Assembly (NCBI GenBank): GCA_964016885.1
Contig: OZ024748.1
Span: forward strand, 3,038,001 to 3,102,000
Reading direction: 5' to 3'
DNA length: 64,000 nt
From: Eledone cirrhosa
Lineage: Eukaryota
The notes beneath the pieces are model-generated. The model ran no database searches. It was not told the DNA's origin and worked only from the letters and a program-made list of their open reading frames with translations. Shown piece by piece: positions 28,504 to 42,957 of this stretch; the stretch's first letter is position 1; each line of letters opens with the position of its first letter. Both the position numbers and the translations under genes were made by a program.

Positions 28504-28580
28504 AACAGCAATAGCAACAACAACAGCAACAGCAATAGCAACAACAACAGCAACAACAACAACAGCAACAGCAATAGTAG
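27632..28580. repeat. (AAC/AGC)n-rich cryptic repeat with an embedded SINE fragment
   Basis: Direct inspection. Confidence 0.9.
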
Positions 28581-28955
28581 ATATCTCCGACAATGAGACA
28601 TGAAGAATGGGCAAACACTTTGGTGTGTGAGAGGACAGATGCTCGTAAACTGACGTCCATTCCTTAATCTTAGCTACGATATAGGGAAAGCTATCAATTT
28701 CATTTACGACTTCTAGAAGCTTTTCAAAACCTTCAGCTATCAATATACTGCCATACACTACACTGTATACAAACATTAAGAAAAACATACTGCATATATA
28801 TGTATGTTTATATACGTGTATATGTGCATTATATATATATATATAATGTTTGTGTGTGTGTATTTGTGTCTGTTTGCATGTTTTATATATGTATATATAT
28901 ATAACTATTTATATATGTATATATATATAACTACTTATATATGTATATTTATAAC

Positions 28956-28989
<34 letters not shown>

Positions 28990-29017
28990 TTTATTCATAT
29001 TGTCTTCTAATTTATTA

Positions 29018-29078
<61 letters not shown>

Positions 29079-29694
29079 TGTGTGTGTGTGTGTGTGGTTA
29101 TAAAAAGGATTTCAATAGTTTTATTATTTTCTCGCTTGAAAAGGAAATCTCAACGTATCGGGTGTTAGTCCTTCGTTTAACATGAGTAGAGGAATACAAA
29201 GATAAGGTTCAGAGAATAGTAATAACAAAAATGATTGTATTCATAGACAAAAGAGGAATATATCTCATTATACTTGTGAGTATGTGTTGTTGAAATGGTG
29301 CCTACATATTTGATAATGGAGTGTATGTGTGTCTGGGTGTCCTAGCATCCTATATGTTGTACGTAGTTGGTCTTTGTTTGTATCAAGTAAAGTTATAGGA
29401 AAGAAAAAACACAGTTTTCCTCCAATGGGTGAAATAACTAGAGTGAAAATCATCGTCATCATCACCGTTTAGTGTTCATTTTTCCACACTAGCATGGGTT
29501 AGACGAGTTGTCCGGTTGTGAGACAAGTCAGGTCAGATGACTGTCTTGCTCATATGGAGCTGTTTCGGGCTTGGTTTCTACAGCTGGATGCCTTTTCTAA
29601 CGTCAACCACATTTACAGTGTGAACTGGGTGCTTTTTTTCATGGCACCAAATCGACCAGTTTAGTATGGACTGGGTGCTTATATATATATATAT

Positions 29695-29767
<73 letters not shown>

Positions 29768-29772
29768 TATAC

Positions 29773-29806
<34 letters not shown>

Positions 29807-30493
29807 AAAAGGTAAACAGAAATAACAACACAATCGGTACAGTATATGGAAGAGAAATATTAGGTTAACGCTTGATATAGCAGGAAGAGGGTCTTAACGT
29901 TTTGGACGCTAGTCCTTCACCAGAAGAAAGAATGAGAAATAAGATAGATTGAGGGGACGGGCAGTCGATCTTATGTAAAATTCGACCCCTATTTTTGGCG
30001 AAAACATCTGGAATTTTCCATAGGCCTCGTATAAAGGTCGACCCTGATATTCCAGGGACAACAGATCAAGGTGTCATCCTGTACAGAGAAAAGAAAACTT
30101 ACAAAATCGTCGTGAATTTAAGTAAATTAATATTATTGCAAATATTTATCTGAAGCTAAAGATTTACCCAAATATGTGTCAAAACTTTGATGGATATGAG
30201 TAAAAGAGTAAGTGCAAATATGTTTAGGAGCTAAGGGACCTTCTTTATGGATTTAGTTATTTACTATGACGCTTTTGATTGGTAAAATTAGTAATATTAC
30301 TGTAATTCATTGTGTTTTTGTTTTTATTCGTTTAGAGATCAGTTGGTATTCTACTGATTTAGTATTTTGGATTCTAGCTTGAATTTCAAGTCCCTCAAAA
30401 GTAACATCCATTTAATGGAATAGTCGACCTCCATAAGTTTAACCTTTAAAAAAATCGTCTGAAACACATCCGACCTTTACACGATTATATATG

Positions 30494-30590
<97 letters not shown>

Positions 30591-30781
30591 TGTGTTAAGT
30601 ATTTCCGAAGAAAAAGCAAAGGAAAAAGAGTGCTCTATGTATAATACAGAGCTATTTTTTCTAATTATATATATAAACATATATATATATATTTATATTA
30701 TTCACACTCTGCTCTGTAAGAACATTGAGTGCTCAACTGGCATACCGCCTATGGAAGCACCATAGCTACCATTAAACACAC

Positions 30782-30834
<53 letters not shown>

Positions 30835-30913
30835 TTATTTCCTATTATTTCAAGCGTTAAACTAATATATTACTTCTTTGTACTGTATCTTTTGCTTTTT
30901 CTGTTTACTTTTT

Positions 30914-30950
<37 letters not shown>

Positions 30951-31002
30951 CACTCACACATACAAACACGCACACATATATACATATATACTCACACATA
31001 CG

Positions 31003-31093
<91 letters not shown>

Positions 31094-31591
31094 TCACACA
31101 CACAGATATATGTATATATATAGGAAAATGTTAGACCCCGACGGCAGAGCTCAGGCCGTTACCTCCTTCGTTATATATATATATATATATATATATAGTA
31201 AGAGATAGTATAGGGGGTAATGTATATATATATAGTAAGAGAGATAGTATGGGGGGGGGTTAATGTACTAACGATTACTTTTATTATATTTAATGAATAG
31301 TGGCAGCCAAAATACCTTTTGTAGAGAAAACAGATTGAACGAAAGTATTTTATGAGGATAATGAGTGTATATGTGTGTGTATATATGTATATGTGTGTGT
31401 ATATGTGTGTATATGTGTATATATGTATATGTGTATGTATATATGTATATGTGTATGTATATGTGTGTATATGTGTATATATGTGTGTATATGTGTGTAT
31501 ATGTGTGTATATGTGTATATATGTATGTATGTGTGTATATGTGTGTATATGTGTGTATATGTGTGTATATGTGTATATATATGTGTGTATA

Positions 31592-31629
<38 letters not shown>

Positions 31630-31702
31630 CTCTTGTAAATGCTTAGATTCGCGTAGTGTGTAGATATATGCACCTGTTAACGTTTAGATTCACCTAGTGT
31701 AC

Positions 31703-31780
<78 letters not shown>

Positions 31781-32156
31781 ATATATATATACATATATAT
31801 ATATACACGTACATGTGTGTATATATGTGTATATATGAGTTTATATGGCTATTCTCCGTTCATATAAATCAGTGATATCCATTCTTCTTTAAAAGCATGA
31901 AGTGATTTACTGCACCAACATGTTTGAAAACCCCCCCCCCTCCACTTTGTGGGGGCCATTATCTAATTCTCCATTACCTTTTGTCTTCCTATTTTCCAGA
32001 CATCAGTCTATTGTTTCCATACTAATCGAAGACCTCTTACTTGTCGCATTGTCTCTAGAATTACTGGACAGTACTGATCTTATATATATCGTAGTACATA
32101 CATATATATATATATATATATACACACATTCACCCACATATTTATGTATATACATA

Positions 32157-32249
<93 letters not shown>

Positions 32250-32282
32250 CACACACACATTCAAGCAACCACATATACATAT

Positions 32283-32376
32283 ACATAGTGTTCCAAAAAA
32301 TGTATACACAGTTTGATTACCTGTACAGAGAATATTTATTAGAATGCTGTTTGTGTGTATACATTTTTGGGACACC

Positions 32377-32382
<6 letters not shown>
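32283..32382. mobile_element. Short Tc1/mariner-type MITE
   Basis: TIRs CA(GG/TA)GTGT(C/T)CCAAAAATGTATACACA inside (TA)n; a related copy is at 18162-18242. Confidence 0.6.
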
Positions 32383-32426
<44 letters not shown>

Positions 32427-32478
32427 GGTGTATATATATATAATTTAGGTAGTACGGTAGAAACTTCCTTGTTTTTTC

Positions 32479-32546
<68 letters not shown>

Positions 32547-32564
32547 TCATATATATATATACAC

Positions 32565-32647
<83 letters not shown>

Positions 32648-32822
32648 CATATATAGTAGTTAAATATTTATGCATAACATAAAATAATAAATGTATATAT
32701 ATGGCAATTTCATAGTAAATATACACCTAACATATAATATTAATATATATAACATAAAACAGTTTTAATATACCTTAATATTATGATACGGAGTATATAT
32801 AGATATAGATATATATATATAT

Positions 32823-32903
<81 letters not shown>

Positions 32904-33073
32904 TGTGTGTACAAATATATATATATAAACATGCTTATATATACGTATCTCTATAATATATCTAAATATAACAGACACAGTGAGAGAAAGAGAGCGAGAT
33001 TAAATATATTTTATATATAATTTTTATGTTATACAATATATATTTATTACATACACATGGATACTATGTATAA

Positions 33074-33105
<32 letters not shown>

Positions 33106-33200
33106 ATACATATGTATATATGTATATATATCCATATATATATATATACACACACATATATATATATATACACATATATATATATACATACACACATACG

Positions 33201-33265
<65 letters not shown>

Positions 33266-33289
33266 ATATATATTGTCAGTGTGCGCGTG

Positions 33290-33336
<47 letters not shown>

Positions 33337-33403
33337 TGCGAGGTTTTTTATATTCTGTTATTAATTCTGGCAATATTACACAAATATAACCCTCCCCAAG
33401 TAT

Positions 33404-33439
<36 letters not shown>

Positions 33440-33467
33440 GGAAGTTTAGTAAAAACAATATATATAT

Positions 33468-33760
33468 ATATTGTTATACTTTGGGAGGGTCATGGTGCCA
33501 ATAAGAAACACACGCACCAGTTGCTTTCACTTCAATTTATTATAAATTAAATTTATAAATTTAGGAATTTATAAATTTCCGGTTGGTTGGTTCCACAACC
33601 AGACGATTGTTCATATATTGTCAAGGTTATAAATTTAATTTATAATAAATTGAAGTGAAACATCTGGTGCGTGTGTTTATTATTGGCAATATGACCCTCC
33701 CAAAGTATAACAATATCGGTTTCAACACACGTTTTCAGATAAAGAATCTTGCTAAACAAA
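33468..33760. mobile_element. Fold-back element, family C
   Basis: ~90-bp imperfect arms 33468-33560/33625-33716. The same ACCCTCCC(C/A)AAGTATAACAATA terminus occurs at 1275-1353 (as an inverted repeat), ~33390-33410 and ~47462-47487. Confidence 0.65.
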
Positions 33761-33772
33761 TTCAGAAACGAA

Positions 33773-33807
<35 letters not shown>

Positions 33808-33842
33808 GATATATACCTATATATATTGTCAGTGTGCGCGTG

Positions 33843-33895
<53 letters not shown>

Positions 33896-34121
33896 TACAT
33901 GTCTCTCTTTCTCCACCCAATTCTTTTTATCCCAATAACTTTATTTAGTTATTGCTCCCGCTGGCCTGAGGTATCTGATCTTTAATGCGAAGAAATACTT
34001 ATGATGGCCAGACGACCACTGATGACGGATAGTCCTGGCTTCTTACTCTATTTTTAATTCATATATATAATATAATATATATATATAATACACGCGCACA
34101 CTGACAATATATATAGGTATA

Positions 34122-34262
34122 TGGTCCAGAATTAGCCGTCGAAACGGCTTGAGCTCAGCCGTCGGGGTCCTACTCGTTCCTATTACCCACTCTACTACCC
34201 TAAGTATTGAGTACTTTGGTGCGTTATCGTCTACCTGGTTCCTTACCACATTTCCTTCGTTA
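34122..34262 (+). mobile_element. Family A copy without the inverted arm
   Basis: GTCCAGAATTAGCCGTCGAAACGG..CCTTCGTTA, matching 2294-2432. Other fragments at 1359-1485, 31122-31172, 47291-47365 and 48398-48580. Confidence 0.75.
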
Positions 34263-34356
34263 TATATATATACACACACACACACACATACACACACGAG
34301 GTGTCAGAAAAGTAACAAGACTTTGTGTTCTGTGTGAGCTATGAGTATGGTCAGGA

Positions 34357-34587
34357 TTAGCTGGTTGCGTCACTGTGCAACGTAATAACCGAAGAGTATA
34401 TTGTTTGTGGCTGTAAGTTTTTCTTCAAAGTATCGAGGGCATAACCATTTATCTCTCTTTTGAGCCTTACTATCGTCTTGATATAGACCTGTGCTGATAT
34501 CAGACCCACCAAATCGCATGCTTCGGCCGTGTCGAATGATCCCATGTATGCATAAAAAAACTCCGTGCTATCTGACTGTTTACTCAA
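34357..34587 (-). pseudogene. Penelope-like reverse transcriptase fragment
   Basis: FFYAYMGSFDTAEACDLVGL (core 34501-34545) resembles the recalled PLE RT motif FDVTMGSY/FDGAEVCELVGL; the rest is not recognisable. Confidence 0.6.
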
Positions 34588-34613
34588 GCCACGCCGTTAT
34601 TAATGGGGCGGTG

Positions 34614-35424
34614 GATTGGCAGTATCGGTAGAGGGTCATACGGCATGGGTGGGGGATTGGCAGTATCGGTAGAGGGTCATACGGCATGGGTTGGGGATTG
34701 GCAGTATCGGTAGAGGGTCAGACGCCATGGGTTGGGGATTGGCAGTATCGGTAGAGGGTCAGACGCCATGGGTTGGGGATTGGCAGTATCGGTAGAGGGT
34801 CATACGGCATGGGTTGGGGATTGGCAGTATCGGTAGAGGGTCATACGGCATGGGTTGGGGATTGGCAGTATCGGTAGAGGGTCATACGGCATGGGTGGGG
34901 ATTGGCAGTATCGGTAGAGGGTCAGACGCCATGGGTTGGGGATTGGCAGTATCGGTAGAGGGTCAGACGCCATGGGTTGGGGATTGGCAGTATCGGTAGA
35001 GGGTCATACGGCATGGGTGGGGGATTGGCAGTATCGGTAGAGGGTCATACGGCATGGGTTGGGGATTGGCAGTATCGGTAGAGGGTCATACGGCATGGGT
35101 TGGGGATTGGCAGTATCGGTAGAGGGTCATACGGCATGGGTGGGGATTGGCAGTATCGGTAGAGGGTCATACGGCATGGGTGGGGGATTGGCAGTATCGG
35201 TAGAGGGTCATACGGCATGGGTGGGGGATTGGCAGTATCGGTAGAGGGTCATACGGCATGGGTGGGGGATTGGCAGTATCGGTAGAGGGTCATACGGCAT
35301 GGGTGGGGGATTGGCAGTATCGGTAGAGGGTCATACGGCATGGGTGGGGGATTGGCAGTATCGGTAGAGGGTCATACGGCATGGGTGGGGGATTGGCAGT
35401 ATCGGTAGAGGGTCAGACGCCATG
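34614..35424 (+). repeat. 41-bp minisatellite, ~20 copies, derived from a SINE head
   Basis: Unit GATTGGCAGTATCGGTAGAGGGTCATACGGCATGGGT(T/G)GGG; the last unit continues as an intact SINE. Confidence 0.92.
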
Positions 35425-36220
35425 CTTTGCAGCAAAGAGTTACGGCCCTTTATGATCTGAGTACAAATCTCGCCGAGGTTAACTTTACCTTTCATCCTTG
35501 CGGGGGTCGATAAAATAAAGCACCAGTAATACACTGGGGTAGTTGCTGGCCTTGTGCCAAAAGTAGAAACAGTTATTAATGGGGAAGGGTTTTTCTCTCG
35601 ACTACTATATCACAAGAAGGTGGCGAATTGGTGAAGTTGTTAGAAAGTTGGATAGAATCCTTTATGGAATTCCTTCCTGTCTCTCAGTTCCCCGCCGAGG
35701 TCAACTTTGCCTTTCATCCTTTCCAGGTCGATACTGGGATCGATTCTTCCTCTCTCGATACTGGGATCGATTCTTGCTCTCTCTGGAAGAAATCGGCTGT
35801 ACTCGGGCCTGGAGAGGGCTGGCCTCCGCCAGGCTTAAAATACCTAACCTGACGGCGGTGGCGGCGGCGGCGATGTTGATAATGATAGTGATGGCGGTGA
35901 TGATGATGGTGGTGATGATGGTAGTGATGGTGGTGATGATAATGGTAGTGATGGTGATGATGGTAGTGATGGTGGTGATGATGGTGATGGTGGTGATGGT
36001 GATGGTGGTGATGGTGATGATAGTGATGGTGGTGATGGTAGTGATGATGGTGATGATGGTGATGGTGATGATGGTGATGGTGGTGATGATTACCATAGAG
36101 GTGGTAGTGGTGATGGCGGTGATGGTGGTGGTGATGGTAGTGATGCTGCTGATGACTATCATAGTGGTGGTGTTTGTTGTTATAGTTGTTGCTGTTGTTG
36201 TTGTCGTTATGGCCACTGTT

Positions 36221-36256
<36 letters not shown>

Positions 36257-36469
36257 CTTCTTCTTCTTCTTCTTCTTCTTCTTCTTCTTCTTCTTCTTCT
36301 TCTTCTTGTTATCTGTTTATGACAATCCGGTACAATATAAGAAATACTATGAATATTTCATGACGTCAAAAGATCGATATCATAAATCTTCGATACAAGA
36401 ATGAAATCAGATAAACTCTATCTTATGAATATTTCCACATGAACATTGTTACAATTGAATCTTGGAAAC

Positions 36470-37140
36470 TATTGTGTTGTGTGTGTTGTGTGTGTTGTGT
36501 GTGTTGTGTTGTGTGTGTTGTGTGTGTTGTGTTGTGTGTGTTGTGTTGTGTTGTGTTGTGTGTGTTGTGTTGTGTTGTGTTGTGTTGTGTTGTGTTGTGT
36601 TGTGTGTGTTGTGTTGTGTGTGTTGTGTTGTGTGTGTTGTGTTGTGTGTGTTGTATTGTGTTGTGTGTGTTGTGTGTGTTGTGTGTGTTGTGTTGTTTTG
36701 TGTGTTGTGTTGTGTGTTGTGTGTGTTGTATTGTGTTGTGTTGTGTGTTGTGTTGTGTGTTGTGTGTGTTGTATTGTGTTGTGTGTGTTGTGTTGTGTGT
36801 GTTGTATTGTGTTGTGTGTGTTGTGTGTGTTGTGTGTGTTGTATGTATACACCCATCAACACTAACTCTATATGTATACACCAATATTATAGCTATCTAA
36901 TCTTTTTACCCACCCATACTATTTGTTTCTATATACCCTCCACACACTCTATACCCACCATACACTATATACCCACCACACACTCTATACCCACCACACA
37001 CTATATACCCACCATACACTCTATACCCACCACACACTCTATACCCACCACACACTATATACCCACCACACACTATATACCCACCACACACTATATACCC
37101 ACCACACACTATATACCCACCATACACTATATACCCACTT
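36470..37140. repeat. (TGTGT)n-type tract followed by an 18-bp minisatellite
   Basis: CCCACCACACACTATATA units at ~36935-37140. Confidence 0.9.
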
Positions 37141-37884
37141 TATAAGATTTATTGGAGGGCAACATCTCCAGCTCTTCTCTCATGGTGAGGAAGGATTGGG
37201 CCCCACAGGAAAATCCCCTGCCCCCACCCACACAACCTTTTAACTATAGCCCCTCCCCGTACAATTTCATTCGCTCGGATCAGATCAAGACCTTTTTTTA
37301 TGGCGATGGGGAGTATTCGATTAAATCAGACAGGGACTGGGTTTATCGACCCCAGAATGGGCGAAAGACAAAGTTGACTTCTGTGGGATTTGAACTCAGA
37401 ACATAAAGAGCCAGAATAAATTGACATTTTATTCCGTGTTCCAAGGATTCTGCCAAATATCGAGGTTGGTCAAGGAATTGGTGCCATTGTATTTGGGAAG
37501 GTTTATAACTTCCTTTCAGGAAATAAATTATATTAAAGTCAATCAAAACCTTCTCTCTCCCCCCCCCCCCTCTCCCTCCATCTCTCTCTCTCTCTCGCCT
37601 TGTCACTCTCATTCTCTCACTCTGTCCTACCATCATCGGCACCACCACCACCCCCACTCCTACCATCCCTCGTATCCTCTCCTCTCCTCATACCATCCCT
37701 CACACTACCACCTCTCCTCCTACCATTCCACGCATCATTTCTTCCACCACCACCACCACCACCCTCCTCCACCTCACACTATTCCTCTCAACAACCAAAC
37801 CTTAAACTAACCAAATCTGTTTGTTTCCTTACAAGCAAACCTACTTAGAGACACTTGTTTTACACACACACACACACATACACA

Positions 37885-37936
<52 letters not shown>

Positions 37937-38245
37937 ATTTCTCCCCTATTTATCAACACTTGTTCCCTAACTTTCCCAAACAGACAAACAACGGGACACT
38001 TCTTCTTCTTCTTCTTCTTCTTCTTCGTCTTCCACCCTCCTCCTTCTCCCCCCTCCCTTCTATTACTGCCATATTACCTCAAGCCATACAACATCCTCAA
38101 CAAGACGCCATTATTCAGTGATTTATAACAACATAGTTCATGTTACACCGTTCATGTCTTCTATACATTCCAGCTCTCATTTATTTGCAATATATATACC
38201 AAAGCCAGTATATACACTCTATATATATACATATATATATATTTA

Positions 38246-38323
<78 letters not shown>

Positions 38324-39004
38324 TGCAATATATATTTCTAAAGCCAGTTTCGAACATGGCATCTGTAACATCGTAGCTTTTGTTTGTTAAATAATTGTTG
38401 ATGTTGTTGTTGAAGTGGTCATTATTGGTGTTGTTGTTGTTGTTTTTTATTGCTGCTGGTGGTTGTGGTGGTGTTGTTGTAGTGATGTTGCTGTGGTTGG
38501 TGTCATTGTTGTTGGTGTTTTTGGTTGGGGTGTTGGTATTCTTGTTGGTGTTGTTGCTATTGTGGTTGTTGTTGCTATTGCTGGTGGTAGATTTGGTGTT
38601 GTTCCTGTCACTGTCGACGTTGCTTTTGTTGTTGGTGTCATTGTTGATGTTAAAGTGAAGTTGATAGATTGATTTGGATGGCTTTTGACTGCTTCCATGT
38701 TTGGAAATGGCTGACCAGTTCTCAGTGTTACTACCGGAAGTAGAGACAGTCAGACATGCAGACACATACATACACACATACATACACACACATACACACA
38801 CACATACACACACGCACACATACACATACACACATCCACGTCACACACATACACACACACATCCACACACACATCTGCATACACACACACCCATAACTAC
38901 AGTCACATACACATACACACATACATCCACACACACACACACCCGCATCCACACACATCCATACACGCATCTGCATTCACACACACATTTACACACACAC
39001 ACAT

Positions 39005-39040
<36 letters not shown>

Positions 39041-40000
39041 ACACATTTACATACCCACATCTACACACACACACACATATACACACATCCATACACACAC
39101 ATTTACATCCACACACACACACACATTTACATCCACACACACACCAACACTATAAAATATACACTGTGGACCAAAAGTCGTACTAGTAGTTGAAAAACTA
39201 TCATTTCATTATCATATAATATTTCATTTAGTGAAGACATATGTGAGTGACTACGGAATACTCAGCCAATTAGCTGAGTATTCCATAGATATATCTACCC
39301 TTGCACACTAAGCTGTTCCGTTGAACAACTGGAGTGCTCCTCATCGAAACTGACAGAGGTCCATTCCGAAAACAAATTTACAGACGATCGAGCCTCGTTC
39401 TCGCTCTGTAGGTGTGACGTCATGCGAAACGAATCACTCCTCCCAAGCAACGAAGACATCCCGTGTTGGATGGTTTAACTTCTGGTGTTGTTGTTGTTGT
39501 ATTATATACAACTAGCTCTTTCTTGCTGTTTTCTTTTAATTCTATATTTATTTATTTATTTTGATTGTTTTGTTGTTGTTCTTGTTGTTGTTGATGATGC
39601 TGTTGTTGTTGTTGACATTTATAACAAGCTTTGTCTCTCCCTCCCTCTCCACACACACACTCTCTCATTCACACACACATACACACACACTCACATAAGC
39701 TCACACACACATCACACACACTCACACTAGTACACACACACACACACACACTCACGCTAGCACCCACACACCCACACCCACACCCACACACCCACACCCA
39801 CCCCACACACACATCTCTCTAGTTATTGCACATTTACCATCCCTCAAACTTCTGTTCTTGGTTAAATAAAAAGACGTCACCGGATGTCGTCTGCTCTAAA
39901 TACAGAGAGAGTGAGGGGGGGTTGAGGGGGGCAGGGGGAGACAGATAGATTGATAGCTATAGATACATATAGATAGATAGATAGATTGATAGCTATAGAT

Positions 40001-40977
40001 ATGTTTCTTTATTAGCCACAGGGGCACAAAAGAAGGGGACAAATACAAAGGGGGAAGTTTACATACAATAAAAACGTGTAAAATATTATCACAAATGCAA
40101 TTTAAAAATTAATCGATTTTCCCCAATAGGGGGGAGACATTACATATGGGTAACACATACCCCCGAAAAAAAAATGTGCAACCCTCATCTCCAGGAGTAC
40201 GAAGAGTTTGTACCCTTTCCTCTCCTCCTCTTTTTCCTCAACCTACAGGCTGATATAGAGAGAAGGCCCATTCACTCGGGCCATTCTCGCCACTTTCACC
40301 CACCTTTCATAAAACTTGCTGGGGTACAGCACCTCTCTCTCCATCCTGATTCTTCTTCCAAAGTGGTATTTGAAAAAAAGAATCAGTTGTTGGCCGGAGA
40401 GAAAGGTGTCTGACCTCAGCCCTTTCAACCTTGTCCACCATACAACCTCTTTCACCATAGCTATCACACAAAGGAAAACCGCCTCTCCTTCGTTTTTGAA
40501 GGAGGGTGGCAGTTTGATCATGACAATGGACTCGGTGGTCAACTGGACTGGTCCCACCCGCGACAATAGTCGTTCTACATAGCCCCACAGGTCGGTGACG
40601 CCCGGGCAGTGTATGAATGCGTGCGCGACGGTTTCTTCGTCTCGTACGCACCTCGGACAGATCTTTTTTGCAGGGTCCCTGCCCGGGCGCCCATGTCTGT
40701 AGAGCTTGTCTCGAACTGGTAGAGCTCCTCGGTAGCACTGCCAGGCCAGGGACTTTTGGAAGTTGTCCATCGGTCCCAGGCGGAAGGTCCTACCGAACAG
40801 ACTGGCCAGTTCGTCTTCCTCTACGCCAGAGTTTCACCGAGCACGTCGACGTACTTGCTGCGGACCAACCCTCTATAGAATGACGAAGTGGAGTCTCCAC
40901 TGACCGCCGGGTCCGCCTGCCAGAGGGCTGTGAGCGCCTGAGCACATTCGATGTACCAGTCGCCCATTTTCCTCGTG
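40001..40977 (-). mobile_element. L1/Tx1-clade LINE 3' fragment (zf-RVT region plus 3'UTR)
   Basis: WQCYRGALPVRDKL..CPRC...ETVAHAFIHCP...W (CCHC zinc knuckle), a frameshift near 40800, stop at 40243, UTR ending in (GATA)n. A second related 3' end lies at 41035-41225. Confidence 0.85.
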
Positions 40978-41035
<58 letters not shown>

Positions 41036-41434
41036 TGTTTCTATTTATTGCCACGAGTGCACAAAAAAGGGGACAAATACAAAGGGGGGAGTTTACACAA
41101 AAGATCGAGTAAAAAAAAACAATAACAAATATAAAATTAACAATAAAGTCCTCAATGGGGAGGAGGCGTTTTGGGGGGTTGCACACACCCCCCGAACAAG
41201 TGTGCAACCCTTCTCCTCGGGGTCACAGAGAGAGGGGGACGTAGTGCCAGTTAGAGAGAGCGAGAGAGAGAGTGCCAGTTAGAGAGAGGGGGAGGTATTG
41301 AGACAGTCAAAACCATTGACATACAACAACATTACATATAAAACTACTTTAACTGTGTTGTTTCTTTGGCCAGTATTTCCTTCTCTTCTGCACTGTTTCA
41401 TTACATCTTCCATAGATGACAGGGTTTAGATGTA

Positions 41435-41544
<110 letters not shown>

Positions 41545-41639
41545 TATGTATATGTGTATGCGTAAGTGTGTATATATATATATATGTGTGTATGTGTGTA
41601 TATATATATGTGTGTGTGTGTGTGTATGTGTGTATATAC

Positions 41640-41686
<47 letters not shown>

Positions 41687-42082
41687 TGCATTTGTTTCCA
41701 ATTCTGTCGTTTACATTCAACATATTTACTGAAGGTTTTCTTCCGGTAGATTTCTGTATGAATCCACACCATTCTTCATCAGCATTGACTATATATATAT
41801 ATATATCGATATATGTATGCATGTGTATGTGTGTACAGTGTGAAGTGTATATATATATAGAGAGACAGTGATGGACTGGGTCTAAAAAATTGGTTGCCAG
41901 GAGATGAAGGGGGCCCACCTACAAATAGAATTCTATCATTTAATTTTTATAATGAATAAATAACATTTTCGAAAAATACATAAGTGGAAACAAAACAGTG
42001 CAATCAAATTTTTGCGGAGAAATATCTTATCTTTTCCAATAAAAAGTTAATACTTAGAGTCGACTTCTGGTCATTATTGAAG

Positions 42083-42275
42083 AGGGTCGAATTGGCAGTA
42101 TCGGTAGAGGGTCGGACGCCAAGCTTTGCAGCATAGAGTTATGGCCCTTTACGTTCTGAGTTCAAATCCGGCCGAAGTTAATTTTGCCTTTCATCCTTAC
42201 GGAGTCGATAAAATAAAGTACCAGTAATGCACTGAGGTAATTGCTGGCCTTGTGCCAAAAGTAGAATCAATTATA
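42083..42275 (+). mobile_element. tRNA-derived SINE, family 1
   Basis: A-box-like TGGCAGTATCGG, B-box GAGTTCAAATCC, core TTTGCCTTTCATCC..GTCGATAAAATAAAGTACCAG. Other + copies at ~9475-9610, 12409-12580, 18593-18705, 18712-18855, 27895-27995 and 35393-35575. Confidence 0.85.
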
Positions 42276-42544
42276 TTATAAGTGGCTGAGCATTCCACAG
42301 ACACATGTACCCTTAACGTAATTCTCATGGAGATTCAGTATGGTAAAGTTGGTGGCAATGTTTTCCCTTTCAATTAAAAGTATATCTGACAGGTTTCCAA
42401 ATTTCAATCATAAGGCATGGATCGTCCCGAAGTTGTTGTAAAAGATATTTCCCTGACATACCATACAGTGGGATCGAACTCGGGACCTGATGGTTGCGAA
42501 CCAAACAATTTGGCCATGCTGCATCCATATTGCAATAATTGTTT

Positions 42545-42725
42545 CTACTTTTGGCAGAAGGCTAGCAATTATCCCAGTGCATTACTGGTACTTTATTTTA
42601 TCGGCCCCGTAAGGATGAAAGGTAAAGTTAACCTCGACGGGATTTGAACTCAGACCGTAAAGGGACGTAACTGTGCTGCAAAGCATGGCGTCCAACCCTC
42701 TACCGATACTGCCAATACACAGCCC
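42545..42725 (-). mobile_element. tRNA-derived SINE, family 1
   Basis: Reverse complement of the same consensus. Confidence 0.85.
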
Positions 42726-42957
42726 TCATTGCGATAATGATTCTTTATTCAACACTCCGAACATTAAGGAATAGTCACGATGTGAGGGACGTAACTAAGT
42801 CCCAATTATGATTTCTAACTAAGAAAAAGGCGGTGGGTATAAGCAGCAGTAGAACACAAATAACGAGAGAGAGTGAAAGAGTTGCGTCCCATGGTTTTGT
42901 CCGTTCAATCTCGCAGATATCAAAACCTGTTTTTGTTCTTCCTGAGATGGTATAAAT

